A stretch of 64,000 nt of DNA from an uncultured Pelagimonas sp. (GTDB lineage Bacteria; Pseudomonadota; Alphaproteobacteria; Rhodobacterales; Rhodobacteraceae), in assembly GCA_947499735.1 (NCBI GenBank), contig CANMPP010000006.1:100966-164965 (forward strand). The letters run 5' to 3'. Below, in pieces: positions 1 to 9,715 of the stretch. A model generated the notes under the pieces. The model was not told the DNA's origin and did no database searches. It saw only the letters and a list, made by a program, of their open reading frames with translations. Every line of letters begins with the position of its first letter. Position 1 is the first letter of the stretch. The position numbers were made by a program, and so were the translations under genes.

Positions 1-444
1 GATCCGGCATTTCGCGGCAATTTCGCGAACGCGTGCATCTGTTTCTTCGCGCGTCTTCGTCAATCCCATGACCTCAAGGGGTTCGGCAATGATATCCCGC
101 ACAGTCATGCGTGGGGATAGGGCTGCATAAGGGTCTTGGAAAATCAGCTGCGCCTGCGATCGGAAATCCCTCAGCTTGTCCTTTGACAGGCTGGCAATAT
201 CATACCGGCGTTCGCCGTCATCATATGTGATTTTGCCATCCGTAATTGGCGCGGCCTGCAAGATCGCGCGACCCAGTGTTGTTTTGCCCGATCCACTTTC
301 CCCAACCAATCCAACAAAGCTGCCTTTGGGGATGCTAAGCGAGACATTTTTGACGGCTTTCACCATTGGGGGCGGGCCAAATAGTTTGCGACCGATCGGA
401 AAGGCGACCGTTAGGTTGTCGATAGAAACCAAAGGGGTTGTCAT
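1..444 (-). CDS. ABC transporter ATP-binding protein, DppF/OppF-like; N-terminal part only, the gene runs off the window
   Basis: My translation from the ATG at 444 gives MTTPLVSIDNLTVAFP...GLVGESGSGKTTLGRAIL (Walker A). The ATGA overlap with the stop of the upstream ATPase (441-443) implies translational coupling. Confidence 0.85.
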   Translation of the reverse strand, partial: MTTPLVSIDNLTVAFPIGRKLFGPPPMVKAVKNVSLSIPKGSFVGLVGESGSGKTTLGRAILQAAPITDGKITYDDGERRYDIASLSKDKLRDFRSQAQLIFQDPYAALSPRMTVRDIIAEPLEVMGLTKTREETDARVREIAAKCRI

Positions 445-1427
445 TGCACATCCTCCGGGAACAGGGCGGCGAAATGTCCGGGTCGGATTTCACTCATGGG
501 GGGTATCTCGGTTTCATAGCGAGATCCCGGCGCAAGTTCGGGGTTGCGGGTGTGGAATACACAGCCGCTGGGGCGTTCCAGAGGAGATGGAATATCGCCA
601 GGGATCGGTGTCAGCGGAGCATCAAGGTTGTCGAGGTTGGGCAAAGCGTTCAGCAGGCCGCGTGTATAGGCATGGGCAGGGGTGCGCAACACATCGCGCA
701 CGGCCCCCTGTTCCATGATCCGCCCCAAATACATCACCGCAACCCGATCCGCCGTTTGTGCAATGACGCCAAGGTCATGGGTGATGAACAGGATCGACAT
801 GCCGAAGTCGCCGATCAATTCCTTCATCAGATCGATCACCTGCCGCTGGATCGTTACATCCAATGCGGTGGTCGGTTCGTCCGCGATCAAGAGCCGTGGT
901 TTGGTCGTCAAAGCCATGGCAATCATCGCCCGTTGACGCATGCCGCCGGAGAATTCGAACACATATTGGTCAAAACGCCGGGCGGGTTCGGTAATGCCAA
1001 CACGATCCAGCATTTCAATGGACAGCTCTTTGGCTTGTGCCTTTGACATGGTGGTGTGGATTTGCAGCTGTTCGACCATTTGCTTGCCGACGGTGATTGC
1101 GGGGGCAAAGCTGGCCATGGGTTCCTGAAAGATCATCGAAATCTGGCCGCCACGGATTGGCAGCATATCGCGTTCCCGTTTCAGGCTAAGTATGTCGATA
1201 TCAGGGCCACCATGCAGCGTTATCTTTGACGCAGGGTCATAGACCGTATTGCGGCCGTTTAGCTGCATAATTGCCTTGGCTGTGACGGATTTACCCGACC
1301 CGCTTTCGCCAACAAGGCCCAGAACTTCGCCTTCTTGGATATCAAAGGATACATTTTCGACTGTGGTGATCAGGCCTTCATCTGTTTTGAAGCGGATGGA
1401 TAGGTTTTCAACGCTCAGTAGGCTCAT
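441..1427 (-). CDS. ABC transporter ATP-binding protein, DppD/OppD-like
   Basis: 328-aa ORF with Walker A GESGSGKS, ABC signature FSGGMRQR and Walker B LLIADEPTTALD. It overlaps both neighbouring genes by 4 nt. Confidence 0.9.
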   Translation of the reverse strand: MSLLSVENLSIRFKTDEGLITTVENVSFDIQEGEVLGLVGESGSGKSVTAKAIMQLNGRNTVYDPASKITLHGGPDIDILSLKRERDMLPIRGGQISMIFQEPMASFAPAITVGKQMVEQLQIHTTMSKAQAKELSIEMLDRVGITEPARRFDQYVFEFSGGMRQRAMIAMALTTKPRLLIADEPTTALDVTIQRQVIDLMKELIGDFGMSILFITHDLGVIAQTADRVAVMYLGRIMEQGAVRDVLRTPAHAYTRGLLNALPNLDNLDAPLTPIPGDIPSPLERPSGCVFHTRNPELAPGSRYETEIPPMSEIRPGHFAALFPEDVQ

Positions 1428-2548
1428 TTCTTTGCCTCGCTATAAGGGTCAGCCGCATCGCGCAGGCCGTCGCCAACAAAAACAAAGGCCATCACCAAAG
1501 CCACAAAGAAAAGAACCGGTATGAAATACCATTGGTAGTTCAACAAGACATCCGCGTTGGTGGTGTTTTGCAGCAAAACACCCAGCGAGGTCACAGGGTC
1601 CTTTAGGCCCAGGCCGATAAAGGACAGCGCAGTTTCGGACAGAACCATATAGGGGAACGAGATCACCAGATCGACGATGATATAGCTGGTGAAACTGGGC
1701 AAAAGGTGCCTGCGAATGATGTGGCCGGATCCGGCGCCAGACAGTTGTGCGGCCAGCACATAATCCTGTGTTCGTTCCACCAAAAGATGGGTGCGCACAC
1801 GCCGTGCAAGCGTGGGCCATCCGATTAACCCGAGGATGATTGAGATGAAGAAGAACCGCATCTCAGCGCTCCATGTATCCGGCACAAAAGCGGCCAATGC
1901 CATGAAGAGAGGGATGGCTGGCACCGTTCGGATCGCATCGGTGATCATTTGTAAAACGCCATCTATGACGCCGCCATAATATCCGGCAATTCCCCCGATC
2001 ACGAGGGCCAGAACAAAGGATATCACCACACCCATCGTGCCAACGGCCAGCGAGGTTTTGATTGCATGTAATGTGCGGCTGAAGATGTCCTTGCCTGTGT
2101 CATCTGTGCCAAACAGGTGGATGGTTCCGCCCTCAACGCCAAACAGATGCCGGTTAAACGTTACGCCGAACCATTTGTAATCATCGCCCTTTACAAACCA
2201 CTGCACATAGCGACGGTCTTCGGTGTCGATTGTGCTGACCCATCTGAAATTCGTGGCAAAAGATCGCTCTCGTTTCACGCCATAAATGAAAGGACGGGCC
2301 GAGCATCCATTGTGATCGCAGAACATGGGCATTTGCGGCGCGCCATTTGTGTAGTCTTTGTTCGCACCAGAGATGGTTGGATTGTAGGGGCCTACGAAAT
2401 CCGCAAAAACGCCCAGCAGGATCAGCGTCACCAGAATAAACCCGGCAATCATCGCGGCCTTTTGTTTGCGGAAACGGGACCAGATCAACTGGCCTTGTGA
2501 GGCGGTGAAATAGGCCTCTTTGGATTTTTGGGTGACGGTTTGCATCAA
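1424..2548 (-). CDS. ABC permease, DppC/OppC-like, with a long periplasmic N-terminal loop
   Basis: 374-aa hydrophobic ORF between the second permease and the ATPase. The C-terminal half is typical of binding-protein-dependent transport permeases. Confidence 0.85.
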   Translation of the reverse strand: MMQTVTQKSKEAYFTASQGQLIWSRFRKQKAAMIAGFILVTLILLGVFADFVGPYNPTISGANKDYTNGAPQMPMFCDHNGCSARPFIYGVKRERSFATNFRWVSTIDTEDRRYVQWFVKGDDYKWFGVTFNRHLFGVEGGTIHLFGTDDTGKDIFSRTLHAIKTSLAVGTMGVVISFVLALVIGGIAGYYGGVIDGVLQMITDAIRTVPAIPLFMALAAFVPDTWSAEMRFFFISIILGLIGWPTLARRVRTHLLVERTQDYVLAAQLSGAGSGHIIRRHLLPSFTSYIIVDLVISFPYMVLSETALSFIGLGLKDPVTSLGVLLQNTTNADVLLNYQWYFIPVLFFVALVMAFVFVGDGLRDAADPYSEAKK

Positions 2549-3558
2549 CCACGCCCTCCCATAACCGAATTGCGCATACGAGGATCCAAAAGGGCCAGCG
2601 CGATATCAGTGATAAAGTTGAGACCAACAATTGTTGCGGTCAGCAAAAAGATAATCGCCCCCGCCAGCTGTTGATCGTTTGACCGCGCCAGCGCTTCAAG
2701 CAGCAGCGCACCGGCCTCGGTTAGTGTTAGGATAACAGCCACAATGGGCAGTTCATTGAAGATCCGGTTTAGGTCAAATCCAAGTGAATTCACGATGGGC
2801 CCCAAAGCGTGCCGGGCGGGGTAGCGCCACAGCAATTGTCGCCCATATAACCCGCGTGCTCGCGCGGCGGTGACATAGAGCTTTGATTGTTCATCCAGCA
2901 TCAATGCCCGTACGGTTTGCAGGGCAAAGGCGGTGGCTGACCAGCCAAGGATAAAGATCGGCATCCAAGCACGGGACAGGAAATCAAGAAATTTGGCCAT
3001 AGACCAAGGCGCGTCGCGGAATTCTTTGCTGAATAGCCCGCTCATCGAGTCGCCAAAATACACAGTCGCAATCAGCATGATGATCAGCGCCAGTAGGAAA
3101 TTGGGCAGGGCCAGGCCAAGATAGGATACGAAACGCAGGATGTTGTTGACCACAGGATTGCGCGATGCAGCAGCGTAAATGCCAACCGGAATGGCGACGA
3201 GATAGGCAACCAAAAGTGCAGCAAAACAGATGCCCGCTGAAATCAGGAATTTAGATCCCAAAAGCTGGCTGATGCTGACACGCAAAATGCAGCTGTCGCC
3301 AAATTCACCGACGAAAGCGCCGGACACCCACGTGACCCATCGGTATATAAAGGGTTGATCCAATCCCAAACGCGCGCGTTCGGCATCGATATCTTCCATC
3401 GTCAGGCTTTGACCTTGCGTGTTTTTATAGGCCAGATAGCGTTCTGCGCAGTCGCCGGGCACGAATTCCATCAAGGAAAAGACGATAAAGGACACGATCA
3501 GCAGCGTTACGACCGCAAGGATCGCGCGAATGCCCATAAAACGTATGAAATTTGCCAT
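2545..3558 (-). CDS. ABC permease, DppB/OppB-like
   Basis: 337-aa polytopic ORF that overlaps the downstream permease by 4 nt. Confidence 0.85.
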   Translation of the reverse strand: MANFIRFMGIRAILAVVTLLIVSFIVFSLMEFVPGDCAERYLAYKNTQGQSLTMEDIDAERARLGLDQPFIYRWVTWVSGAFVGEFGDSCILRVSISQLLGSKFLISAGICFAALLVAYLVAIPVGIYAAASRNPVVNNILRFVSYLGLALPNFLLALIIMLIATVYFGDSMSGLFSKEFRDAPWSMAKFLDFLSRAWMPIFILGWSATAFALQTVRALMLDEQSKLYVTAARARGLYGRQLLWRYPARHALGPIVNSLGFDLNRIFNELPIVAVILTLTEAGALLLEALARSNDQQLAGAIIFLLTATIVGLNFITDIALALLDPRMRNSVMGGRG

Positions 3559-3609
3559 TTATCCCTATCCTTTTGCCTCTGAGTTCACAGCCCAAAGGTC
3601 GCTGTTGCA

Positions 3610-3640
3610 AAAGCCGGATGCGATACATGCATCCGGCTTT
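3610..3640 (-). terminator. Intercistronic hairpin after the binding-protein gene (attenuator or mRNA stabiliser)
   Basis: AAAGCCGGATGC (3610-3621) and GCATCCGGCTTT (3629-3640) form a perfect 12-bp stem with a 7-nt loop. On the minus-strand RNA the GC-rich 9-bp core is followed by UUUU. Confidence 0.5.
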
Positions 3641-3664
3641 CACCAGTTCGATTAGAGTGTCGTC

Positions 3665-5707
3665 TTAGTTGTCTTCCGCCAGGAACCACTGGCTGGCCCG
3701 GTATGGGTAGGTCCGGTAGTATTCATATGAAGACGTCTTGAACTCGGTGACGTTCTTCAAACCATTGCGATACACGATTGGCGATGGTGCAATCACTGTA
3801 CCGATGAACAGCATATTGTCAGTGAAGGCTTTCGCAATCGCTTCACCTGCGGCGGACGCTTCAGCGGATCCGGGTGCTGCAGATTGCAGCATTGCAACTT
3901 CGTCAATCAGGTCGTCGACCCATGCAGGTGGTGCAATGCCAGATGCGCCATCACTGTCGATATATTCCGCCCATTTCATACCTGTCCGGTGTGTGAAATA
4001 TGAACCGAATGGAGGAACAAGCCCTTCATTTGTGCCCAATGCGATGGCCAAAGGTTCGCCTTTCCACCATGCTAGAACGTCCAGTTCATTGGCGGATTGT
4101 GCCGCGCGATATTCGTCTGGTGTGACCTCTTTTACAGTGGTTTCAACGCCGATATCTGTCCAGTGCTGTGCAATCAACTCCAGCAGATCACCGGAAATAC
4201 CTTGTGTCGCAAACTGAATGTTCAGAACAATGTCTTCGCCATTTGGAAGTTCACGGATGCCATCCTCATCAACGTCAACCATGCCTAGGGCATCCAGCGT
4301 AGATGCTGCCATTGCCGGATCAAATTCGGTGCCGACCTTGCCATAAGGCGCAGCGAAATCTGGCAGAGGGGAGAAACCTGTATAGGCCATTGGTTCGCCC
4401 TGACCGAAAAACACAACTTCGTTCAGCTCATCCCGGTTGATCGCCGCAGACATGGCTTTGCGGAATTCTGGCTTGGCAAAAAGGTCGCGCTTGGCTTCGT
4501 CTTCGGATGTCACGTTGAAGGACAGGGTTGGGATTGCAACCGTTGGCTTCAATTGGACAGAATAGTCGCCGTTTTCCTGATTTTCCAACAGGATTGGCGC
4601 ATTTGGCAGCTGCAATGATTGCGATTTATAGTCAACTTCGCCGTTGATCAGCGCCAGAATGCGGACTTCGCTGTCATTCTTATAAAGCTCGTCCTGACGG
4701 CTGATATAGGGCAGTTGCTGGCCGGTTGTATCCACTTGGTGGAAATAGGGGTTGGCAACCAGTTTGCGGCCTTCTGTCGTGTCGGCAACATAGATATGGG
4801 ATTCCAGCGTTGGCTGGGTTGCATAGGGCAGGGATGTCGCTTTGGCTGGGTCACGCAGCATGGGCGATGGCGTATCGGTCCAGTCAGACGCGCCAAAGTA
4901 GTAATTCACCGCCTCATAGCCGCTTTCAAATCCATATTTTGCAGCTTGGGTATCTGCAGATGAATTCAGCGCAGGGTGGAACATGCCAAGGAAATGCGCC
5001 GGCTGGAATGGTTGGGCATAGCTGGTTGCGAAATGCACCAAAAGACCGGGTTTGGGGGCGGCCAGAACAAATTTAAATGTCTGTTCGTCGATGATTTCGA
5101 TTTTGATCGGTTCGCCGCCTGCCAGAACATAGTCTGCAGCTTTTTCGCGAATATTTGTGTCGAGGCTTAGGTTTTCTAACCAGAAGCGTACGTCTTCAGA
5201 TGTGAAGGGCGCACCGTCAGACCATTTGTGCCCTTTGCGCAGGGTCATGGTCAATTCGGTGAAATCGTCGTTCCATTCCCATGATTTGGCAACGTTTGGA
5301 ACGATTGTGGTCAGATCGTCAGAATACCGCACCAGATTGACGTGACGGATGGACAGAAAGTCGGATGTGCCGGCTTCTGTATTGTTGGACAGGGCGTCAA
5401 ATGTGCCGCCATAGGTGCCGATCATGTCATAAGGAGCCACCACAAGAGGTTCAGATGGCAGACGATCGGCCAGTGGGGGAAGGTCGCGATTGCCTTGGAT
5501 GGCTGCATTCAAATCGGCGATTTCGGGATTGGCACTAAATTCCATGCTGCAGCTTGCCGCCGCTTCGAATTCGGCCAATTCATATTGTTGTGGAAACGCG
5601 CCAGCGGCAACGCCCATAGGATCAGCAACAGTAACAGCAGGACAGGCGGCGAATGCGGCATTCCCTAGAACGGCCAAAGCCGTACCACTCAGTAGACGTA
5701 ATTTCAT
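3665..5707 (-). CDS. Periplasmic solute-binding protein, family 5 (peptide/nickel type), unusually long at 680 aa
   Basis: Signal-peptide-like N-terminus MKLRLLSGTALAVLGNAAFA. It is the first gene of the Dpp-type operon. Confidence 0.8.
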   Translation of the reverse strand: MKLRLLSGTALAVLGNAAFAACPAVTVADPMGVAAGAFPQQYELAEFEAAASCSMEFSANPEIADLNAAIQGNRDLPPLADRLPSEPLVVAPYDMIGTYGGTFDALSNNTEAGTSDFLSIRHVNLVRYSDDLTTIVPNVAKSWEWNDDFTELTMTLRKGHKWSDGAPFTSEDVRFWLENLSLDTNIREKAADYVLAGGEPIKIEIIDEQTFKFVLAAPKPGLLVHFATSYAQPFQPAHFLGMFHPALNSSADTQAAKYGFESGYEAVNYYFGASDWTDTPSPMLRDPAKATSLPYATQPTLESHIYVADTTEGRKLVANPYFHQVDTTGQQLPYISRQDELYKNDSEVRILALINGEVDYKSQSLQLPNAPILLENQENGDYSVQLKPTVAIPTLSFNVTSEDEAKRDLFAKPEFRKAMSAAINRDELNEVVFFGQGEPMAYTGFSPLPDFAAPYGKVGTEFDPAMAASTLDALGMVDVDEDGIRELPNGEDIVLNIQFATQGISGDLLELIAQHWTDIGVETTVKEVTPDEYRAAQSANELDVLAWWKGEPLAIALGTNEGLVPPFGSYFTHRTGMKWAEYIDSDGASGIAPPAWVDDLIDEVAMLQSAAPGSAEASAAGEAIAKAFTDNMLFIGTVIAPSPIVYRNGLKNVTEFKTSSYEYYRTYPYRASQWFLAEDN

Positions 5708-5874
5708 GATTCCCCCGGATGTTCGGTTTTAAATTCGGGGAAGGCTAGCACTGGTGTACAAGCGGTTTATGACAAACAAAGCTGCACTAGGCATCATTGT
5801 GATGCTCCGCTCAATTGCTGAGCAGATGCCATTGAGACGCCTAGTTGCTTGGCGGTGCTAAGATTTGTGTGATC

Positions 5875-6669
5875 TTACCCTTGTTTTACAAAAACCAAGG
5901 AATACCGATTTTCTGCACTTTGACGCAGCTTTTGCGCAAGAGGCCAAGACCGCATGCCACGCCCGTAAAGGGGGCGTGCGTCCAGTTCTTCATGAAAGAC
6001 AAAGCCACAAGACTGCATGTCAGATATCAGGACCTCTTTGGTCAAACCGCCCTGATAATGAAGACGCTCTCGAATGGATGTGTTTGCATCCTTTTCCGAT
6101 GTGGCCCGGGGTTGATCAGGTTGTAGCCATTTGGCGATGGTTTTCTTCAGCCGATGCCAATTGGAAAATGGCAGCGAAAAGTTATGATCGTTGATCAGGA
6201 TGCGGCCATTTGGTTTTAGCACCCGATGCCATTCCGCATATGCGTTTTCTGGATTTGTAAGTGTCCAGGTCAGGTGGCGGGTTACAGCAAAATCGATGCT
6301 ATTATCAGGCACCCCCCGCAAGTCTTCTGCATCGCATAAAAGGGGCGACCAATCCTGTTTGGCCAGTTTTTCTTTGGCCTTGCCGAGCATGGTTTCGGAA
6401 AAATCCAAACCGTAAACTTGCGCACCCATCGTGCAAAGGACACGGCTGATTTCACCGGTTCCGCATGCGATATCTAGCGCCTTTAATCCGGCCATGTTTT
6501 CGTGATCTTCCAAACCGACGGCTTGGCGCAACAATTTGTGCCATTCAGGCAGGCCATAGCGGTTTTCGATCAGATGCGAAGGGCTTTCGTCAAACGTGGC
6601 AGCACGTTCAGACCAATAGGCTCTGATTTCTTCTTTTAGGTCAAAATTTGACATAGTGTTGTCTTTCAT
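5875..6669 (-). CDS. Class I SAM-dependent methyltransferase
   Basis: SAM-binding motif I is visible (LKALDIACGTGEIS), followed by LKPNGRILIND. I place the start at the ATG at 6669 (MKDNTMSNF...), which shares 1 nt with the TAA stop of the upstream ATPase. The 318-aa track ORF is an upstream extension into that ATPase gene. Confidence 0.75.
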   Translation of the reverse strand: MKDNTMSNFDLKEEIRAYWSERAATFDESPSHLIENRYGLPEWHKLLRQAVGLEDHENMAGLKALDIACGTGEISRVLCTMGAQVYGLDFSETMLGKAKEKLAKQDWSPLLCDAEDLRGVPDNSIDFAVTRHLTWTLTNPENAYAEWHRVLKPNGRILINDHNFSLPFSNWHRLKKTIAKWLQPDQPRATSEKDANTSIRERLHYQGGLTKEVLISDMQSCGFVFHEELDARPLYGRGMRSWPLAQKLRQSAENRYSLVFVKQG

Positions 6670-7442
6670 TACGCCGGCAGCCTTGCATCGACATAGAGCG
6701 CGCCTCGTTTGGTGCGTTCGAGATCGGTTTCGACCCGATAGGTTTCGCCAATATCTGGTAGCGCCAAAATGTGGTCGGGGGCGCCATCGGCAAGGATCAC
6801 GCCTTCGCGCAGCAAAACCAAACGGTCGCAAAATTTGGCGGCCAAATTCAGGTCGTGCAATGCGGCCATAATGACGGGCTTTTTGCGATCCATTTCATTC
6901 CGAATTGAGGTCATGATCGACAGCTGGTGGTGCAGATCCAAAGCGCTGGTAGGTTCGTCCAGCAAAATGACTTCAGGCGCACGCACAATGGTTTGGGCCA
7001 CAGCCACCATCTGCGCCTGTCCACCGCTGAGATCGGAAATGCCGCGGCTGGCCAGATGTGACAGGCCAAGAGCATTTAACGTGTCCGACACCCGATCAAG
7101 GTTTTCGTCATTCACCCGCCACCCAGTTGTTTGCTTCAACGCCAGAAGGACGCTTTCAAATACGGTTAGCAATGCGTTGCAGCCAAAGGCCTGTGGCATA
7201 TAGGCAATGCGCCGTGCACGGTCTTTGCGGCGCATGTGGGTGATATCCTCAGTGCCAATCTGGATCGATCCGCTTGTCGGTGGGACCAATCCGGCAAGGG
7301 TTTTGAACAATGTGGATTTGCCAGCCGCATTAGGACCGATCAGGCCGACAAAGGTGCCTTCGGTTATGTTGGGCACAGAGATGTCATGTAGAACCTGCTT
7401 TTTGCCATATCCGGCCTTCAGGTTGGATATGCTCAGGGTCAT
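6669..7442 (-). CDS. ABC ATP-binding protein, FecE/FepC/BtuD type (iron-chelate or cobalamin class)
   Basis: Walker A GPNAAGKST, signature LSGGQAQM and Walker B ILLDEPTSALD. It overlaps the permease gene by 4 nt. Confidence 0.9.
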   Translation of the reverse strand: MTLSISNLKAGYGKKQVLHDISVPNITEGTFVGLIGPNAAGKSTLFKTLAGLVPPTSGSIQIGTEDITHMRRKDRARRIAYMPQAFGCNALLTVFESVLLALKQTTGWRVNDENLDRVSDTLNALGLSHLASRGISDLSGGQAQMVAVAQTIVRAPEVILLDEPTSALDLHHQLSIMTSIRNEMDRKKPVIMAALHDLNLAAKFCDRLVLLREGVILADGAPDHILALPDIGETYRVETDLERTKRGALYVDARLPA

Positions 7443-8500
7443 GATAGTTTCTCCCGCCGCGTGCTGAGGATGATCGAGATGAAAACTGGTACACCGATCA
7501 ACGATGTGATGATCCCGATTGGATAGATAATCCCCGGTGTGATGGATTTAGAGATCAGGGATGTCAGTGATAAAACCAACGCGCCGACGATCGCGGACAA
7601 TGGAACGAAATAGCGCTGGTCTTCACCAACCAGCAATCGTGCAATATGTGGGCCGACCAAGCCGACAAAGCCGACGGTTCCAACAAAAGAAACGGCTGTT
7701 GCGGCCAGCAAGGAAATGCAGACCAACATTTCGACACGCAGCCGCCCCACATCAACACCCATGCTTTCGGCAGTGGCTTCGCCCATGCGCAGCGCGGTCA
7801 TGGGCCATGTGCGCAAAAGGCTGAATGGGATAGCCAGGGCCAGCAGCAAAGCGCCCAGCGAAATCTTTTCCCAGCTTGCCCGGCTGAGTGACCCCATCAT
7901 CCAGAAAACGATACGGGCGATTTGATCCTCGGATGCCATGTATTGCATTAGGGCCAGCAGGGCCGAGAAGGTAAAGAAGATGGCGATGCCGAATAGGATC
8001 ATAGTTTCTGACCCAACGCCTTTGAGGCGCGTGGCGAACAGAATGAAACCACATGTCAGCATAGCAAACACGAAGGCGTTTATGGTGACCAAAAGCGGCC
8101 CGACGGCGGGAATGACGCTGACGCCCAGCACAATGGCCAGCGATGCACCAAAACTGGCAGCGGCCGATACGCCCAATGTAAAGGGCTCCGCGAGAGGATT
8201 GTTGAGAATGGTCTGCATCTGCGCCCCGGCCACGGCCAGTAATGCGCCAACCAAAACGGCGGTGATGGCGACGGGCAGGCGATAATCCCAGACGATCACT
8301 TTCAATCGGACACCATGGGATAAGGGGTCGATAAAGACGTCCAGAACGGTCGACAGGCTGTATTTGCCCGGACCTGTCGCAACGTCCAAAAAGAAACTCA
8401 GGGCCAAAAGGCCAAAAACCGCCGCGATCATCAGATAGCGACGCGTGGTTTGCGCAAAATACGCTTGGCGCATCTGCGTTACATTCACATCAGTTGTCAT
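7439..8500 (-). CDS. FecCD-family ABC permease
   Basis: Polytopic ORF. I prefer the ATG at 8500 (MTTDVNV...) because GGAGG lies 8 nt upstream of it. The track start at 8551 is probably an extension. Confidence 0.85.
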   Translation of the reverse strand: MTTDVNVTQMRQAYFAQTTRRYLMIAAVFGLLALSFFLDVATGPGKYSLSTVLDVFIDPLSHGVRLKVIVWDYRLPVAITAVLVGALLAVAGAQMQTILNNPLAEPFTLGVSAAASFGASLAIVLGVSVIPAVGPLLVTINAFVFAMLTCGFILFATRLKGVGSETMILFGIAIFFTFSALLALMQYMASEDQIARIVFWMMGSLSRASWEKISLGALLLALAIPFSLLRTWPMTALRMGEATAESMGVDVGRLRVEMLVCISLLAATAVSFVGTVGFVGLVGPHIARLLVGEDQRYFVPLSAIVGALVLSLTSLISKSITPGIIYPIGIITSLIGVPVFISIILSTRREKLS

Positions 8501-8560
8501 GATTTGCCCTCCAAAGGCAAAGAGGGCCCCGCATGTCGCATGCAGGGCCAATGGGTGGGA

Positions 8561-9715
8561 TCAACCACCAAATTCCAGACTGCCCCAGAACACGCCGGAA
8601 TAGTCGATTGGAAGGAATTTATCATGCAGTTCGCGCATGGTCGCGTCAGGGTCTAGGTCCTCGAACAGCTCTGGGTGCAGCCATTTGGCAAAGGCTTGCA
8701 TCGCCACAAAATGGTACGGGCTGGTATAGAACTGGTGGTAAACTGAATGGAAGCGACCGTTCTTGACCGCAGACAATTCAGGCCAACCTTCGCGCGCCGC
8801 CAAAGTCGCTAGACGATCTTGCACCATCGCGCTGTCGGCCTCATAGCCAAACAGAACCGCTGTCGTGGCAGGGTTGGCCTCTGACCAGTTTCCGCCGGTG
8901 CCGATAATGACGTCTGGATCATCGGTAAATAGGGCTTCTAGGCTGACGGCTGTTGAGAAGCCTGGTGTCTTCATTGAGCCCCAGTTTTTGCCACCCGACA
9001 GATCGACCAGACGTCCCAGATTTGCGGCACCAAATGTGTTACAGCATTTATTCGGGTTGTAGCCGGCCGCACGTTCGATAAAGACAATCGGCTTATCTTC
9101 ATCCGCGATCTGCTGAATGCGTGAATAGATCAGTTTCATCTGTGCTTGGTAGTAATCACCAAAGGCGTCTGCTTCATCGCGTTTGTCGAAGATCCGACCA
9201 AGTAGTTGGATGCTGGGGACGGTGTTTTGGGTCGGGTTCTGACGGAAATCGACAAAGACTGTTGCAATGCCCGCTTCTTCCAGCTTTTCGATGATCCCGC
9301 TTTCTTGCGCTTTCAACAGGTTGCCAAGGTTCATCAAAACAACTTCGGTGCCCAATGAAATCACCGCTTCCAGATTCCATTCATCTGTATAGGGGCTGCC
9401 AAAGCTGGGCAGGTCGGCAATTTCTGGGAACACTTCTAGGTATTTACGATAAGCGTCTGGATCGAAATTCACCATATCGTCTTTCCATCCAACAACGCGT
9501 TGGAAGGGGTTGTCTTGATCGATCAGGGCAAGGGAATAGATCATCCGACCTTCGCCGATGACGACTTTGGATGGGTTCTTTTCCACTTCGACAACGCGGC
9601 CGGCGATGTCTGTGACGGTAATTGTCTCTGCAAAAGCGTTCGTGGCGGACGCGATGGATAGCGTCATAGCTGCGGCTGCGGAGCAAAGACCCCGCGTCAG
9701 TGTTCTGACATTCAT
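8561..9715 (-). CDS. Periplasmic binding protein of FecB/BtuF type (class III SBP)
   Basis: 384 aa with a signal peptide ending ATNAFA. It is the first gene of the FecBCDE-like operon. Confidence 0.8.
   Translation of the reverse strand: MNVRTLTRGLCSAAAAMTLSIASATNAFAETITVTDIAGRVVEVEKNPSKVVIGEGRMIYSLALIDQDNPFQRVVGWKDDMVNFDPDAYRKYLEVFPEIADLPSFGSPYTDEWNLEAVISLGTEVVLMNLGNLLKAQESGIIEKLEEAGIATVFVDFRQNPTQNTVPSIQLLGRIFDKRDEADAFGDYYQAQMKLIYSRIQQIADEDKPIVFIERAAGYNPNKCCNTFGAANLGRLVDLSGGKNWGSMKTPGFSTAVSLEALFTDDPDVIIGTGGNWSEANPATTAVLFGYEADSAMVQDRLATLAAREGWPELSAVKNGRFHSVYHQFYTSPYHFVAMQAFAKWLHPELFEDLDPDATMRELHDKFLPIDYSGVFWGSLEFGG

Noticed and set aside
176-1046. Long plus-strand ORFs (176-718 and 438-1046) opposite the Dpp ATPase genes. 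Similar antisense ORFs occur at 10999-11697, 17560-18114, 18771-19469, 27563-28171, 40403-40960, 43563-44075, 44139-44648, 46819-47325, 48915-49442, 52150-52818 and 58505-58948.
   Set aside because: They lie entirely inside, and antisense to, genes with clear family motifs. Their translations are Arg/Pro/Ser/Cys-rich and low in complexity, with no recognisable motifs. These are typical shadow ORFs.
5875-6831. N-terminally extended versions of track ORFs: 5875-6831, 7439-8551, 12796-14403, 28771-29805, 29860-32199, 40340-41902, 45395-46354 and 46276-47391.
   Set aside because: The extensions overlap the upstream gene or begin at non-ATG codons, and they encode Arg-rich junk. Internal ATG starts with Shine-Dalgarno sequences or stop-start coupling give N-termini typical of the family, so those starts are used in the feature list.
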